DNA from: Candidatus Gottesmanbacteria bacterium RIFCSPHIGHO2_01_FULL_40_15
GTDB lineage: Bacteria > Patescibacteriota > Microgenomatia > 2-02-FULL-39-11
Length of the DNA: 49,500 nt
Assembly: GCA_001779115.1 (NCBI GenBank)
Contig: MFJF01000032.1
Span: forward strand, 1-49,500
Direction: 5' to 3'
The notes beneath the pieces were generated by a model, which made no database searches, was not told the DNA's origin, and saw only the letters and a program-made list of their open reading frames with translations. Positions 16,003 through 24,368 of the stretch are shown piece after piece (the first letter of the stretch is position 1; each line of letters starts with the position of its first letter). Both the position numbers and the translations under genes were made by a program.

Positions 16003-17871
16003 ATGGCAATGAATTATGAGTTTGGTAGGCATATTGCTGCTGAGCAACAAGCAGGAAATATACAAGGAGTAAATGCTCTCCGTAGGAGACAGCGTAGTTT
16101 TAATACTGCTATAAGACAAGGAACTTTCCGCGAACTACCTCTAGAGTCACCAGAAAGACGCGAACTAGTGATACGTATTGGAACAGCTATTGAAAAGGAA
16201 GTAGAAAGTTTACAAGAAGCAAGCCTATTAGGCTTACCCTTATATCATAAGGCGATTGTTGATTTGGACCATATATTACTTACAGATATCATTTCCAATG
16301 ATGAAGCGGTAGATATTATTTTGAGATCGGAAACAACTGGTGTTCTTGCTAAATCTCAACAATTATATGGACAATATGAAACTTTTCTTGAGGAATCTTT
16401 TGTTAATGTAATTTTACATAGTGGAGATATAGATTTACTGGATCCAAATAATATTACACAAAATTATTTAATGAGATACCGCAATCTTACTGCAAATGAA
16501 GTAGCACTCGCTGATATAAAACCAGAAGACCGCGTTTTATTTATTGGCAGTGGACCATTACCAATAAGTGCTATAGAAATAGCACGTCAAACTGGCTGTC
16601 AAATTGATTGTGTTGAACATTTTGCTGACAAAGCGGACACCTCACGAGCAGTTATTGATCATTTAGGTATGAGCGGACAAGTACATGTCTATACAGCAGA
16701 AGGGCAGGAATTCCCAGTTAGTAATTATTCTGTTATCCTTGTAGGAGTACTCGCGCAGCCAAAACAGGAAATTATTAATCATATTGAACAGAATACGCAA
16801 GAGGGGGTACGCGTCCTTGCAAGAACAACGGAGGGAATACGAGAGTTTATTTATCCCGAAGCAGAATTTACTACTTCACGTTTTATTCCTCGCGATATTA
16901 ACCATGCAGTAAAAGATCAAGCATTATCAACTATCCTTCTTAAAGATCGCTTAATTGATGCCTCTAAGTTAATACCAAAACAGCTTTCAGCACCACTTCG
17001 CATCATTGATGATGGAGAAGCATATGTTTCTAACATTACTGATCCACAAAACCATTGGCTATATTATGCGTTTGAAGGATTTAATGCCTTAAGTAAACAA
17101 GGTAAAAAAATAGGTCACTTCGTCTCGATCGCAACTGGGCCAGGAGTTGATGCAATTGGGGCTATGGAGATTCTTCACCCTGAAAGAATAACTGTTACTG
17201 ATCTCGTTCCAACAGCCATAGATCAAGCAAGAGAAAATATTTCACGTTATCAAGAACTAGGTGAAAGAACACCCGTTACTTATGTTGTTGGTAATCTTTG
17301 TGAGCCATTGGGAAATGATACCGCTGACGTAATTTATGCAAATTTACCTAATATTCCGATTCCTACTGAACTATTAGACCAACTGCTTGAAGGAATTACT
17401 GCTGCATCATACTTTGATCCAGAAACACTTCAGGGAGTTCCAGAGGACCTGGGGAAATATCTCTTATCATTACAATATGCTTTTCTTCAGCAAGCTAAAT
17501 CACATCTTACACCGGATGGACAAGTATTACTTAATCTTGGAGCTCGCATGCCAATAACAGCAATTAATGACTTGTTTGATAAAGCAGGTTATCAACAACC
17601 AGAAGTATTATCATTCGGTTTTAAATTACAAACAGAACCATTTGATACCATTCCAAATTATGCAGCACACGAAACTTCTGAAGTACAATTCGCCTATTAT
17701 CCTTATCGACAAGCGAAAGAAATTTTAACTGGGAAAAGCATTACAAATTTTAGCGAGCTTACAACACTGCTAGAGCAATTAAAATTAAGTGCAACTGATG
17801 CTTTTGAAAGGCTAAAACAAGGAGAACAATTGGGTCATCTAGTTACACTCCTCTCAGCAAAACCAAAATAA
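16003..17871 (+). CDS. Nicotianamine-synthase-like (SAM aminocarboxypropyl-transferase) domain fused to a second class-I methyltransferase-like domain
   Basis: N-terminal half: VLFIGSGPLPISAIEIA ... NYSVILVGVLAQPKQEIINHIEQNTQEGVRVLARTTEGIREFIYPE, compared with the plant NAS pattern FIGSGPLPLTS ... VVFLAALVGM..K..VI.HL...M.PGA.L..RSA.G.R.FLYP. C-terminal half: FVSIATGPGVDAIGAME...ITVTDL...ADVIYANLPNIP (Rossmann motif I plus an NPPY-like motif). Confidence 0.75.
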   Translation: MAMNYEFGRHIAAEQQAGNIQGVNALRRRQRSFNTAIRQGTFRELPLESPERRELVIRIGTAIEKEVESLQEASLLGLPLYHKAIVDLDHILLTDIISNDEAVDIILRSETTGVLAKSQQLYGQYETFLEESFVNVILHSGDIDLLDPNNITQNYLMRYRNLTANEVALADIKPEDRVLFIGSGPLPISAIEIARQTGCQIDCVEHFADKADTSRAVIDHLGMSGQVHVYTAEGQEFPVSNYSVILVGVLAQPKQEIINHIEQNTQEGVRVLARTTEGIREFIYPEAEFTTSRFIPRDINHAVKDQALSTILLKDRLIDASKLIPKQLSAPLRIIDDGEAYVSNITDPQNHWLYYAFEGFNALSKQGKKIGHFVSIATGPGVDAIGAMEILHPERITVTDLVPTAIDQARENISRYQELGERTPVTYVVGNLCEPLGNDTADVIYANLPNIPIPTELLDQLLEGITAASYFDPETLQGVPEDLGKYLLSLQYAFLQQAKSHLTPDGQVLLNLGARMPITAINDLFDKAGYQQPEVLSFGFKLQTEPFDTIPNYAAHETSEVQFAYYPYRQAKEILTGKSITNFSELTTLLEQLKLSATDAFERLKQGEQLGHLVTLLSAKPK

Positions 17872-17885
17872 CAAGTTTATTACAA

Positions 17886-18602
17886 TCATCCTTGAAGTAA
17901 TTGTTTCAAACCGAATAGGTCAAACACCTCATAATCTGGAGTTATTGTTGTTGGCAAAGGCTCTCTTTTTCTATTTATCCATACATTCGTTATGCCCAAT
18001 GCATTTGTCGGGAGGATATCATATTTATATCCTGCAGCAATATGAAGAATCTCATTTTTTGGTCTTCCAAGAGCATCTAGGGCATAATGAAAAATACGGT
18101 AACTTGGTTTATATGCCTGTATTTGCTCTGCTGAAAGAATTTTATCGAAATGAATATTCATAGCAAGAGCATTTTTTTTGAGAATTGCCTGAGGACCATT
18201 TGAAATTATTGCAAGTTGGTATCTTTTTTGAAGTTCTGAAAGAATTGTATGATCATCAGGAAAAGGTTTCCATGCTGTAATTTTTTTTACAAGCTTTTTA
18301 CCTAAGTTTTTTTTATTAGCATATCCAAATGTAGCGAATGTTTTTTGAAAACTTTCCTGAAGCAAATCTTCATAAGGTATATATGGTCCCAATATGAGAG
18401 AGAATTGGATTTCTTCCCATTTTTTTCGTAGTTCTTCTATTTGCTCCAAGGAAAAATCTGACAATTCCATTTTAAGGAATGCTTGTATACCACTATCCCA
18501 ATCAATTAGCGTTCCATAACAGTCGAAGGTAAGAATTTTTTTGTTTATTAATAACTGCATACGAAAAGTATATAATACATTCTCTACACTAGTATATGCC
18601 AT
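17886..18602 (-). CDS. HAD-superfamily hydrolase (haloacid dehalogenase type II-like)
   Basis: The motif I context ILTFDCYGTLIDWDSG fits, and SNGP plus AYKPSYRIF fit motifs II/III. The likely true start is the ATG at 18560 (MQLLINKKILTFD). Confidence 0.75.
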   Translation of the reverse strand: MAYTSVENVLYTFRMQLLINKKILTFDCYGTLIDWDSGIQAFLKMELSDFSLEQIEELRKKWEEIQFSLILGPYIPYEDLLQESFQKTFATFGYANKKNLGKKLVKKITAWKPFPDDHTILSELQKRYQLAIISNGPQAILKKNALAMNIHFDKILSAEQIQAYKPSYRIFHYALDALGRPKNEILHIAAGYKYDILPTNALGITNVWINRKREPLPTTITPDYEVFDLFGLKQLLQG

Positions 18603-18656
18603 TACCTTCTAGGAATATGAGCTTGACTTAGAAATTTCAATTGTTAAACTATAATT

Positions 18657-18726
18657 GCACTCAATCATTTAGGTCGTCCCTTTTTGTAGCCGTCTCGGAC
18701 AATTCAGGGCGACTTGGATTGAGTGC
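18657..18726. repeat. 70-nt imperfect inverted repeat (long hairpin) in the HAD/recombinase intergenic region
   Basis: GCACTCAATC (18657-18666) pairs perfectly with GATTGAGTGC (18717-18726). An inner helix pairs AGGTCGTCCC with GGGCGACTT (one G-U pair, one bulge). The apical part contains CCGTCTCGG. Confidence 0.6.
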
Positions 18727-18761
18727 ACCGGGGCGGCTATTGAAGTAATAGAGGATTCACA

Positions 18762-18980
18762 ATGTATGATAATAATTCACTAAAATTCTTTTTGTATGCT
18801 CGTAAGTCAACAGATGTAGAGGATAAACAGATTTTATGTATCGAGGCACAGTTTGCTGAAGTACGTGAATATGTTAAACGAGAAGAGATTTCTGTTTTAG
18901 AGGAGCTTATTGAAAAACAATCTGCAAAAGTTCCCGGTAGGCCTATTTTTAACACAATGATTGAAAGGATTGAAAAAGGT
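18762..18980 (+). pseudogene. Truncated serine recombinase (resolvase/invertase-type N-terminal catalytic domain only)
   Basis: FFLYARKSTDVEDKQILCIEAQ...SAKVPGRPIFNTMIERIEKGE matches the serine-recombinase N-terminus (YxRxST..Q..SIxxQ ... RP.f..m...i..G). Similarity stops at about aa 73, exactly where the antisense tRNA begins. The rest of track ORF 18762..19094 is read-through of the tRNA. Confidence 0.7.
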
Positions 18981-18981
18981 G

Positions 18982-19053
18982 AGCCTGGAGTGGGAATCGA
19001 ACCCACACTCATTCCCTTACCAAGGGAACGTTTTACCACTAAACTATCCAGGC
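18982..19053 (-). tRNA. tRNA-Thr (anticodon GGU)
   Basis: Minus strand: GCCTGGA TA GTTT AGTGGTA AAAC G TTCCC TTGGTAA GGGAA TGAGT GTGGG TTCGATT CCCAC TCCAGGC T. All four stems pair. 72 nt; no encoded CCA. Confidence 0.9.
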
Positions 19054-19155
19054 ATATCTTGCAGGTTTTTCTATTCTACAAAATTTATCCATAAGACACA
19101 AACGCAGGTAAAAAATTATAAACATCTTGACAGAAAGTAAATTATTATAAAAAAT

Positions 19156-19168
19156 GGAGGAGGGGAGG
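19156..19168 (+). promoter_or_regulatory. Strong Shine-Dalgarno-like purine tract GGAGGAGGGGAGG
   Basis: Lies 9 nt upstream of GTG 19178, the start of the 68-aa membrane-protein ORF. Confidence 0.5.
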
Positions 19169-19177
19169 TGAATTTTA

Positions 19178-19384
19178 GTGACAAGATACGATAAAGCCTA
19201 CAAAACTGTTCGAAAATATTTTGAGAATCATCCTGATTATAATTCAGTGGTTCATCTGCTGGCCGGAGTAGGTATTGGAATACTTTTAACATATCCTTTA
19301 ATAGGGCCTCATCCGATCAGATGGAGTATTGTATTTCTGACTCTTGCAATACTTGGGCATTTATATCCTTTAACAACCAAGTGA
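19178..19384 (+). CDS. Small hypothetical membrane protein (two predicted TM helices)
   Basis: GTG start preceded by a strong SD. Hydrophobic stretches VVHLLAGVGIGILLTYPLIG and WSIVFLTLAILGHLY. Confidence 0.55.
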   Translation: MTRYDKAYKTVRKYFENHPDYNSVVHLLAGVGIGILLTYPLIGPHPIRWSIVFLTLAILGHLYPLTTK

Positions 19385-19623
19385 GACTGATGTAAATTTA
19401 TTTCAACGAATGATCTTCTGGTCTGTTGATATTTCTAATTCATTTAAAGACCTATAATACATAAAATTAAAAAATGAAAAATAGGATAATTTATTTATTC
19501 ATTATTTGATATGGAGGTTAAATTAATGGTTTAAAAGCGTCCTTAATATATTTACTAGAATTCGAAGATTATAAACTTTATTAAAATTCTTGTAACCCTG
19601 TAGTAGTAATTGTGTGGAATAAT

Positions 19624-20565
19624 TTACTTCAAATATTGATTGATATATTCCAAATGTTCCTCATAAGTTTTTGAACAGTGAATCAGTTTGTTTTTATCGT
19701 GTATGTAATAAAGACATTCAGTTTGAGCCGGATAGACGGCTGCCTTAATTGAAGCGAGTGAGGGATTGGAGATCGGTCCGGGAGGAAGGCCTTTATAAAG
19801 ATAAGTATTATAAGGAGATTCCCTTTTATGATCGGCCGGTTTTATGCGGGGCCACCAGTCGCCGGGTTTTCCCAGAATATATTGGGAAGTGGCATCAATT
19901 TGGAGCTTCATATCGGTTTCAAGCCTGTTCCAAATTATACCGGCAATCAGCGCTTTGTCATCATCTGTGCCTGATTCCCTTTCAATTAAGGAAGCGATTT
20001 TTATGGCGGTGTCGTTTCTGACATCCCGGGCCAGCAGATCAGCCTGAAATTTAGCATTAAACTTTTCATTAAAATTATTTTTTATTTTGTTTATAAAATA
20101 TTGCGGGTTTTCTTCAACATCAAAAAGGTAAGTATCGGGGAACAGAAAACCCTCCTCAGTCAGGGAGAGGAATTCTTCTTCTATACTCTTATCCCATTTA
20201 AAGTTCTTAGCGAGAATTTCAGCAACCTGTTCCTTCCGGAGGCCGGGCTTAAGAAGTGCCCATTTCTGATAAGGATTATGCATCAGAATGTTTACTATTT
20301 GAGGCAGCCACAAATTTCTTTTAATTTTGTATGCTCCCGGTTCAATTACGGGCGGTATTTTACTTACGACTGATAATATTTGAAAAACCGGCAAGTTTCT
20401 TATTATTTTTTCGTTCTTGAGCCTTTCCAAAGCAGTTACACCTCCTGCTTCATTCAATGGGACAACAAAACGGATTTCTTCAGATGATAAAGTTAAGGGA
20501 GCCATCTGATAAATTAAAAACATGATTAAAATAAGCAAAAACGAGGTGAAGATTTTTCCGGTCAT
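19624..20565 (-). CDS. mltG: Endolytic murein transglycosylase MltG (YceG-like)
   Basis: N-terminal TM; FPDTYLF; ASLIERE; IAGIIWNRL...MKLQIDATSQY; YNTYLYKGLPPGPISNPS. Confidence 0.85.
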   Translation of the reverse strand: MTGKIFTSFLLILIMFLIYQMAPLTLSSEEIRFVVPLNEAGGVTALERLKNEKIIRNLPVFQILSVVSKIPPVIEPGAYKIKRNLWLPQIVNILMHNPYQKWALLKPGLRKEQVAEILAKNFKWDKSIEEEFLSLTEEGFLFPDTYLFDVEENPQYFINKIKNNFNEKFNAKFQADLLARDVRNDTAIKIASLIERESGTDDDKALIAGIIWNRLETDMKLQIDATSQYILGKPGDWWPRIKPADHKRESPYNTYLYKGLPPGPISNPSLASIKAAVYPAQTECLYYIHDKNKLIHCSKTYEEHLEYINQYLK

Positions 20566-20641
20566 GAAAACAATTTTAACATCCGTGGTAAAGTCTGATC
20601 TTCAAAACAGTCAGGATTAATGATAAAATAAACTCTAATGT

Positions 20642-20712
20642 GCCGCCCTAGCTTAGTGGAAAAGCGGCGGTTTTGTAAACCGTTGACCGGAGTTCGATTC
20701 TCCGGGGCGGCT
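20642..20712 (+). tRNA. tRNA-Thr (anticodon UGU)
   Basis: GCCGCCC TA GCTT AGTGGAA AAGC G GCGGT TTTGTAA ACCGT TGAC CGGAG TTCGATT CTCCG GGGCGGC T. 71 nt. Confidence 0.9.
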
Positions 20713-20725
20713 CAGTAAATTTCAA

Positions 20726-20808
20726 GCTGGGATACTCAAGCGGCCAACGAGGGCAGTCTGTAAAACTGCTGGCGCAAGCCTACGTAGGTTCGAATCCTGC
20801 TCCCAGCA
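20726..20808 (+). tRNA. tRNA-Tyr (anticodon GUA), long variable arm
   Basis: GCTGGGA TA CTCA AGCGGCCAA CGAG G GCAGT CTGTAAA ACTGC TGGCGCAAGCCTAC GTAGG TTCGAAT CCTGC TCCCAGC A. 83 nt; class II variable arm as expected for bacterial Tyr. Confidence 0.9.
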
Positions 20809-20885
20809 CCTTTGACTTAATTACCCGCTTAATCGAGTTTCCCATTTTTTTCCTTATGGATTTTCATTGACAGGTTAGGGATAAA

Positions 20886-22592
20886 TTGTCAAACTGGAAT
20901 TATCTGTCAGTGAAGAGACAATTATTCATATTATTTTTTGGCTTTCTTTTATACCTTTTATCCGGAAGCCTGGTGCTGGCACAAAATTTCCAATTCCAAA
21001 CAGAAAGCAATAAAGTTTTCCAGGGAAAACCGGAAGTTGATTCACTTTCAAAGAATAATAAGCTCAATCAAATAATTGTTACTTTTAAGAAAAAACCGAC
21101 GGCGGGGGAATTGATTAAACTTTCCCGAAAAAGCAAAAAAAGCAGACTAAAATATGCAATTACGGGTACGGATGCAATGGTATTTGAGGTTTCTGAAGGG
21201 GTTATTCAGGAGAGTTTGAATGAGCTTCGGGCAGATACAATAGTTGAGAGCGCTGTAGTAGATAAAGCACTAGATTTACTTTATATTCCCAATGATCCGG
21301 CTATCAAAGCAACTCCGGCTCCGGGAAAACCGATTCTGCAATGGAGCTTGTATAATCTCAATCTGGTCGGTTCAGGAAGAACTGCTTTTGACATATCCAA
21401 AGGTTCTTCAGGGGTCACAGTTGCCGTATTGGATTCCCAGGTTGATTCTAGTCATGAAGATCTTCAAGGAAAATTTTCCTCTTTAGTTGATTGTACTTCA
21501 GGGAGCTGTCAGACCGTTTCTTCGATGACTGCTAATCCTTCCAACCTTGATGAGAGTCATGGAACTCATGTGGCCGGAATTATCGGAGCGGCTACAAACA
21601 ATAATTTAGGTATTGCCAGTACAGGGTTTAATACCAATATGCTTTACATCAGAATCAGAGACCAGAACGGTAATATGCTGATCAGTTATTTTGTGAATGC
21701 GGTAAGATATGCAGCAGATCACAATGCCAAAATTATTAATATGAGCCTGGGTTCGCTGGCCGCCAATCTTGATGGTCCGATTATTGCCCAAATAAATGAT
21801 GCCGTAACTTATGCATGGAATAAGGGAGTGTTACTGGTAGCGGCGGCCGGAAACTGCGGTTGGAATGAGTCACATCATAAAGCAGCCGGGGATCCTTGTG
21901 ATATTTATGATGAGGCGGGTAATTTTGTCAGACATTCAGTTAACGAAAAATACTATCCGGCGGCATCTCCAAATATGTTAAATGTCGCAGCATTGGATGT
22001 TAATAACAACCTAGCGCCTTATTCCCAGCATAATGATCCGACTGATCCCCAAATAGGAAACTGGATAAGCATTTTGGCACCCGGAGGAAATTTTTCCACC
22101 AATTCCGATAAGGAATTCGGAATAGCTTCAACCTGGCCTTTAAACAGTTATTACTATAACCTTGGAACTTCAGCTGCTGCGCCTCATGTCTCGGGAATTG
22201 CAGCACTTATCTGGGCAGCCAAGCCGGTACTTACCAATTTACAAGTCAAATCAATAATAGAACAAACGGCTAACAAAAATATTGCGTCGGGAACAACCAA
22301 TAATGGCATGGTTGATGCTGTAAAGGCTTTAGACAGCCTGAATGTAACAATTACACCCGTGTCACCAACACCGACTGGTACTCCGGTATTATCGTCAACA
22401 CCGACGCTTACAGGTCAGGGAAAACCAGGGGATGCCAATGGGGATAACAAAGTGGACGGATTGGATTATGTTGTCTGGCTTCAAAATTACAATAAATCTG
22501 TCGGAAACGGCAGGTTAAGCGGGGATTTTAGCGGAAACGGATTTGTTGACGGTCTTGATTACGTTATTTGGTTGAATAATTATAACAAGTGA
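20886..22592 (+). CDS. Secreted subtilisin-like serine protease (peptidase S8) with I9-like propeptide and C-terminal dockerin module
   Basis: Catalytic triad contexts VAVLDSQVD, HGTHVAGIIGA and GTSAAAPHVSGIAAL. C-terminus: GDANGDNKVDGLDYVVWLQNY...GDFSGNGFVDGLDYVIWLNNY (duplicated dockerin Ca-binding segments, nt ~22422-22589). The likely true start is GTG 20910, which gives the signal peptide MKRQLFILFFGFLLYLLSGSLVLAQ. Confidence 0.9.
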   Translation: MSNWNYLSVKRQLFILFFGFLLYLLSGSLVLAQNFQFQTESNKVFQGKPEVDSLSKNNKLNQIIVTFKKKPTAGELIKLSRKSKKSRLKYAITGTDAMVFEVSEGVIQESLNELRADTIVESAVVDKALDLLYIPNDPAIKATPAPGKPILQWSLYNLNLVGSGRTAFDISKGSSGVTVAVLDSQVDSSHEDLQGKFSSLVDCTSGSCQTVSSMTANPSNLDESHGTHVAGIIGAATNNNLGIASTGFNTNMLYIRIRDQNGNMLISYFVNAVRYAADHNAKIINMSLGSLAANLDGPIIAQINDAVTYAWNKGVLLVAAAGNCGWNESHHKAAGDPCDIYDEAGNFVRHSVNEKYYPAASPNMLNVAALDVNNNLAPYSQHNDPTDPQIGNWISILAPGGNFSTNSDKEFGIASTWPLNSYYYNLGTSAAAPHVSGIAALIWAAKPVLTNLQVKSIIEQTANKNIASGTTNNGMVDAVKALDSLNVTITPVSPTPTGTPVLSSTPTLTGQGKPGDANGDNKVDGLDYVVWLQNYNKSVGNGRLSGDFSGNGFVDGLDYVIWLNNYNK

Positions 22593-22659
22593 AAAACGAG
22601 TTATTTTAACACTTGATATTATTGATAGTTTTCTGGGTATACTGGAATAAAATAAGTAT

Positions 22660-23655
22660 ATGTTAAAGACAAAATATCGCCGTTTATTGCTGATAATTGC
22701 AATATTTGTGGTACTTTTTTTATTTTTATTAAAATTAAATTCTACGAAAAAACGGGAAATAGACAAAATTGAAGAGGGGAGTCGTGAAGTAGCCGTTCAA
22801 TTGAATCCAAGAGAAGGAGAAAAAGTAATCGGAGAAAGTTTTGAAGTTATGATATCACTTTCTAAAAGAACAGATAGAGATATAAAAATCAGCGGAGCCC
22901 AGGCAGAGCTTTTGGCCAGTGATGGTTTGAAATTTGATTCGGCAGAATGTTTAGAACCTTTTAATGGACTGCCGTATGTAAAAATTAACGGCAGGATAAT
23001 AACTTTAGTATGTTCCATTTCCATAGACAGCGAAGCCGTAATTATCAGTGATGATGATATAAATTTCGGCAGGGTAAATCTGACAGCAGCCGGAGGGGGT
23101 AAAGCCAGTCAGGAATCATTATCATTTAACAGGGTTAGGGTTACCGAGTCCGGCATAGAGGGAAAAGCACCGGATTTGTCTTTATTGGGTGGTAAAGCCT
23201 TATTCGTGATAAATAATACCGATACAATTAACTTTTATTTTGAACCTAGTGAGGTTATTAATCCACATAATGTCAGGATAAAAATAATAGCCGACTCAAA
23301 TGATAAAAATGTCGCTTTTATTAAAACTGTCGTCAAATTTGATCCTTCAAAAATAAAATTGGAGGGAGAAATTGAAACTTCCACATATTTTTCAACTGTT
23401 GTTAAAAAGCCGGGCATTGATGAAATTAATAAATCGGGCATTGCAGCATTTGTCATTGCTTCATCTCCGACAGACAGTCAACCATCAGGAGTATTTGAAG
23501 TTGCCAATTTCCCGATTTCAACAATTCCGGATGAAAACGGATATGATACCGGAATTGATTTTGCCGTTTCCGAAATGCAAATTGTATCAGGGGACGTGAA
23601 GGAGTTAGCTGTAATTTCTGAGGATGCCATAGTCAGTATAAATAGGGACTTGTAA
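22660..23655 (+). CDS. Signal-anchored protein with two cohesin-like modules (type A + type B)
   Basis: N-terminal TM. Type A: VIGESFEVMISLSKRTDRDIKISGAQAELLASDGLKFDSAECLEPFNGLPYVKINGRIITLVCSIS. Type B: VRIKIIADSNDKNVAFIKTVVKFDPSKIKLEGEI...AAFVIASSPTDSQPSGVFEVANFPIS. Confidence 0.7.
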   Translation: MLKTKYRRLLLIIAIFVVLFLFLLKLNSTKKREIDKIEEGSREVAVQLNPREGEKVIGESFEVMISLSKRTDRDIKISGAQAELLASDGLKFDSAECLEPFNGLPYVKINGRIITLVCSISIDSEAVIISDDDINFGRVNLTAAGGGKASQESLSFNRVRVTESGIEGKAPDLSLLGGKALFVINNTDTINFYFEPSEVINPHNVRIKIIADSNDKNVAFIKTVVKFDPSKIKLEGEIETSTYFSTVVKKPGIDEINKSGIAAFVIASSPTDSQPSGVFEVANFPISTIPDENGYDTGIDFAVSEMQIVSGDVKELAVISEDAIVSINRDL

Positions 23656-23703
23656 AATATTTTTTTTTATACCTATAATGGATTAATAATAAGTAATGTT
23701 TAA

Positions 23704-24237
23704 ATGACAATATCCAGAAAAGAATTTTACAGTCTGATCCTCATACTTTTTTTAGTCCTTTTTCTTCCGGTTGTCATTTATTTTCTGGGTGCAAGAAAGG
23801 ATATAAGGCCAAAAGCAGTTCTTGCGGGAGCAGCTAATTTCCGTTTAAATGCCGATACGACAAGCGTTTCGGTCGGTCAGAGAGTGAACGTATTGGTATC
23901 AACACAAATAACTGATACTAATGTGCGTGTGTCTGGAGCAGACTTCACTCTTTTGTATGACAGGGATAAGCTAAATTTGGTAAGTCTGAATCCCGTTCTG
24001 GGAAACAATTTTACAGAGACAGTTTTGATCGATGACCAAAATTTACCTTACATTGGTGAAGGAGATGTTTTTAGTTATTTACGACTATCAGTCGTTGCGA
24101 AGAAGAATGCAGCAGATTTGGCCGGAGGAACTGTCAGCCTGGCTAACGTAACTTTTGAAGCTAAAAACGGGGGACAAGGGATAATTAAATTTCCGAATGA
24201 AAATAGTGAAATGCAGGTAGTTGGAATAATACTTTAA
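23704..24237 (+). CDS. Signal-anchored single cohesin-domain protein
   Basis: SVGQRVNVLVSTQITDTNVRVSGADFTLLYDRDKLNLVSL...GTVSLANVTFEAKNGGQGIIKF follows the classical cohesin pattern (PGD.V.V.V......I.G.DF.L.YD...L). Confidence 0.75.
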   Translation: MTISRKEFYSLILILFLVLFLPVVIYFLGARKDIRPKAVLAGAANFRLNADTTSVSVGQRVNVLVSTQITDTNVRVSGADFTLLYDRDKLNLVSLNPVLGNNFTETVLIDDQNLPYIGEGDVFSYLRLSVVAKKNAADLAGGTVSLANVTFEAKNGGQGIIKFPNENSEMQVVGIIL

Positions 24238-24368
24238 ATATAATAATGATATAAATTAAATAAAACTATAACAAATTATTTATTAATATAATTTAATATA
24301 AAACTAGCGGGCAAAACAATACAGGAAAAGGATTACCTGTAGATTATATATTTTATAAAAAAAATAAA

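Noticed and set aside
18657-18738. The hairpin plus the CCGGGGCGGCT tail interpreted as a tRNA, tRNA-like element or tmRNA end.
   Set aside because: There is no matching 5' acceptor strand on the + strand and no T-arm immediately upstream of the acceptor-like 3' end. The minus-strand reading gives only a 49-nt span with a mismatched stem.
18737-19094. Minus-strand 100-aa ORF 18737..19039, and the C-terminal 37 aa of track ORF 18762..19094.
   Set aside because: Both are translations through the tRNA-Thr(GGU) gene and the recombinase relic. The PGVGIEPTLIPLPRERFTTKLS stretch is simply the antisense of the tRNA.
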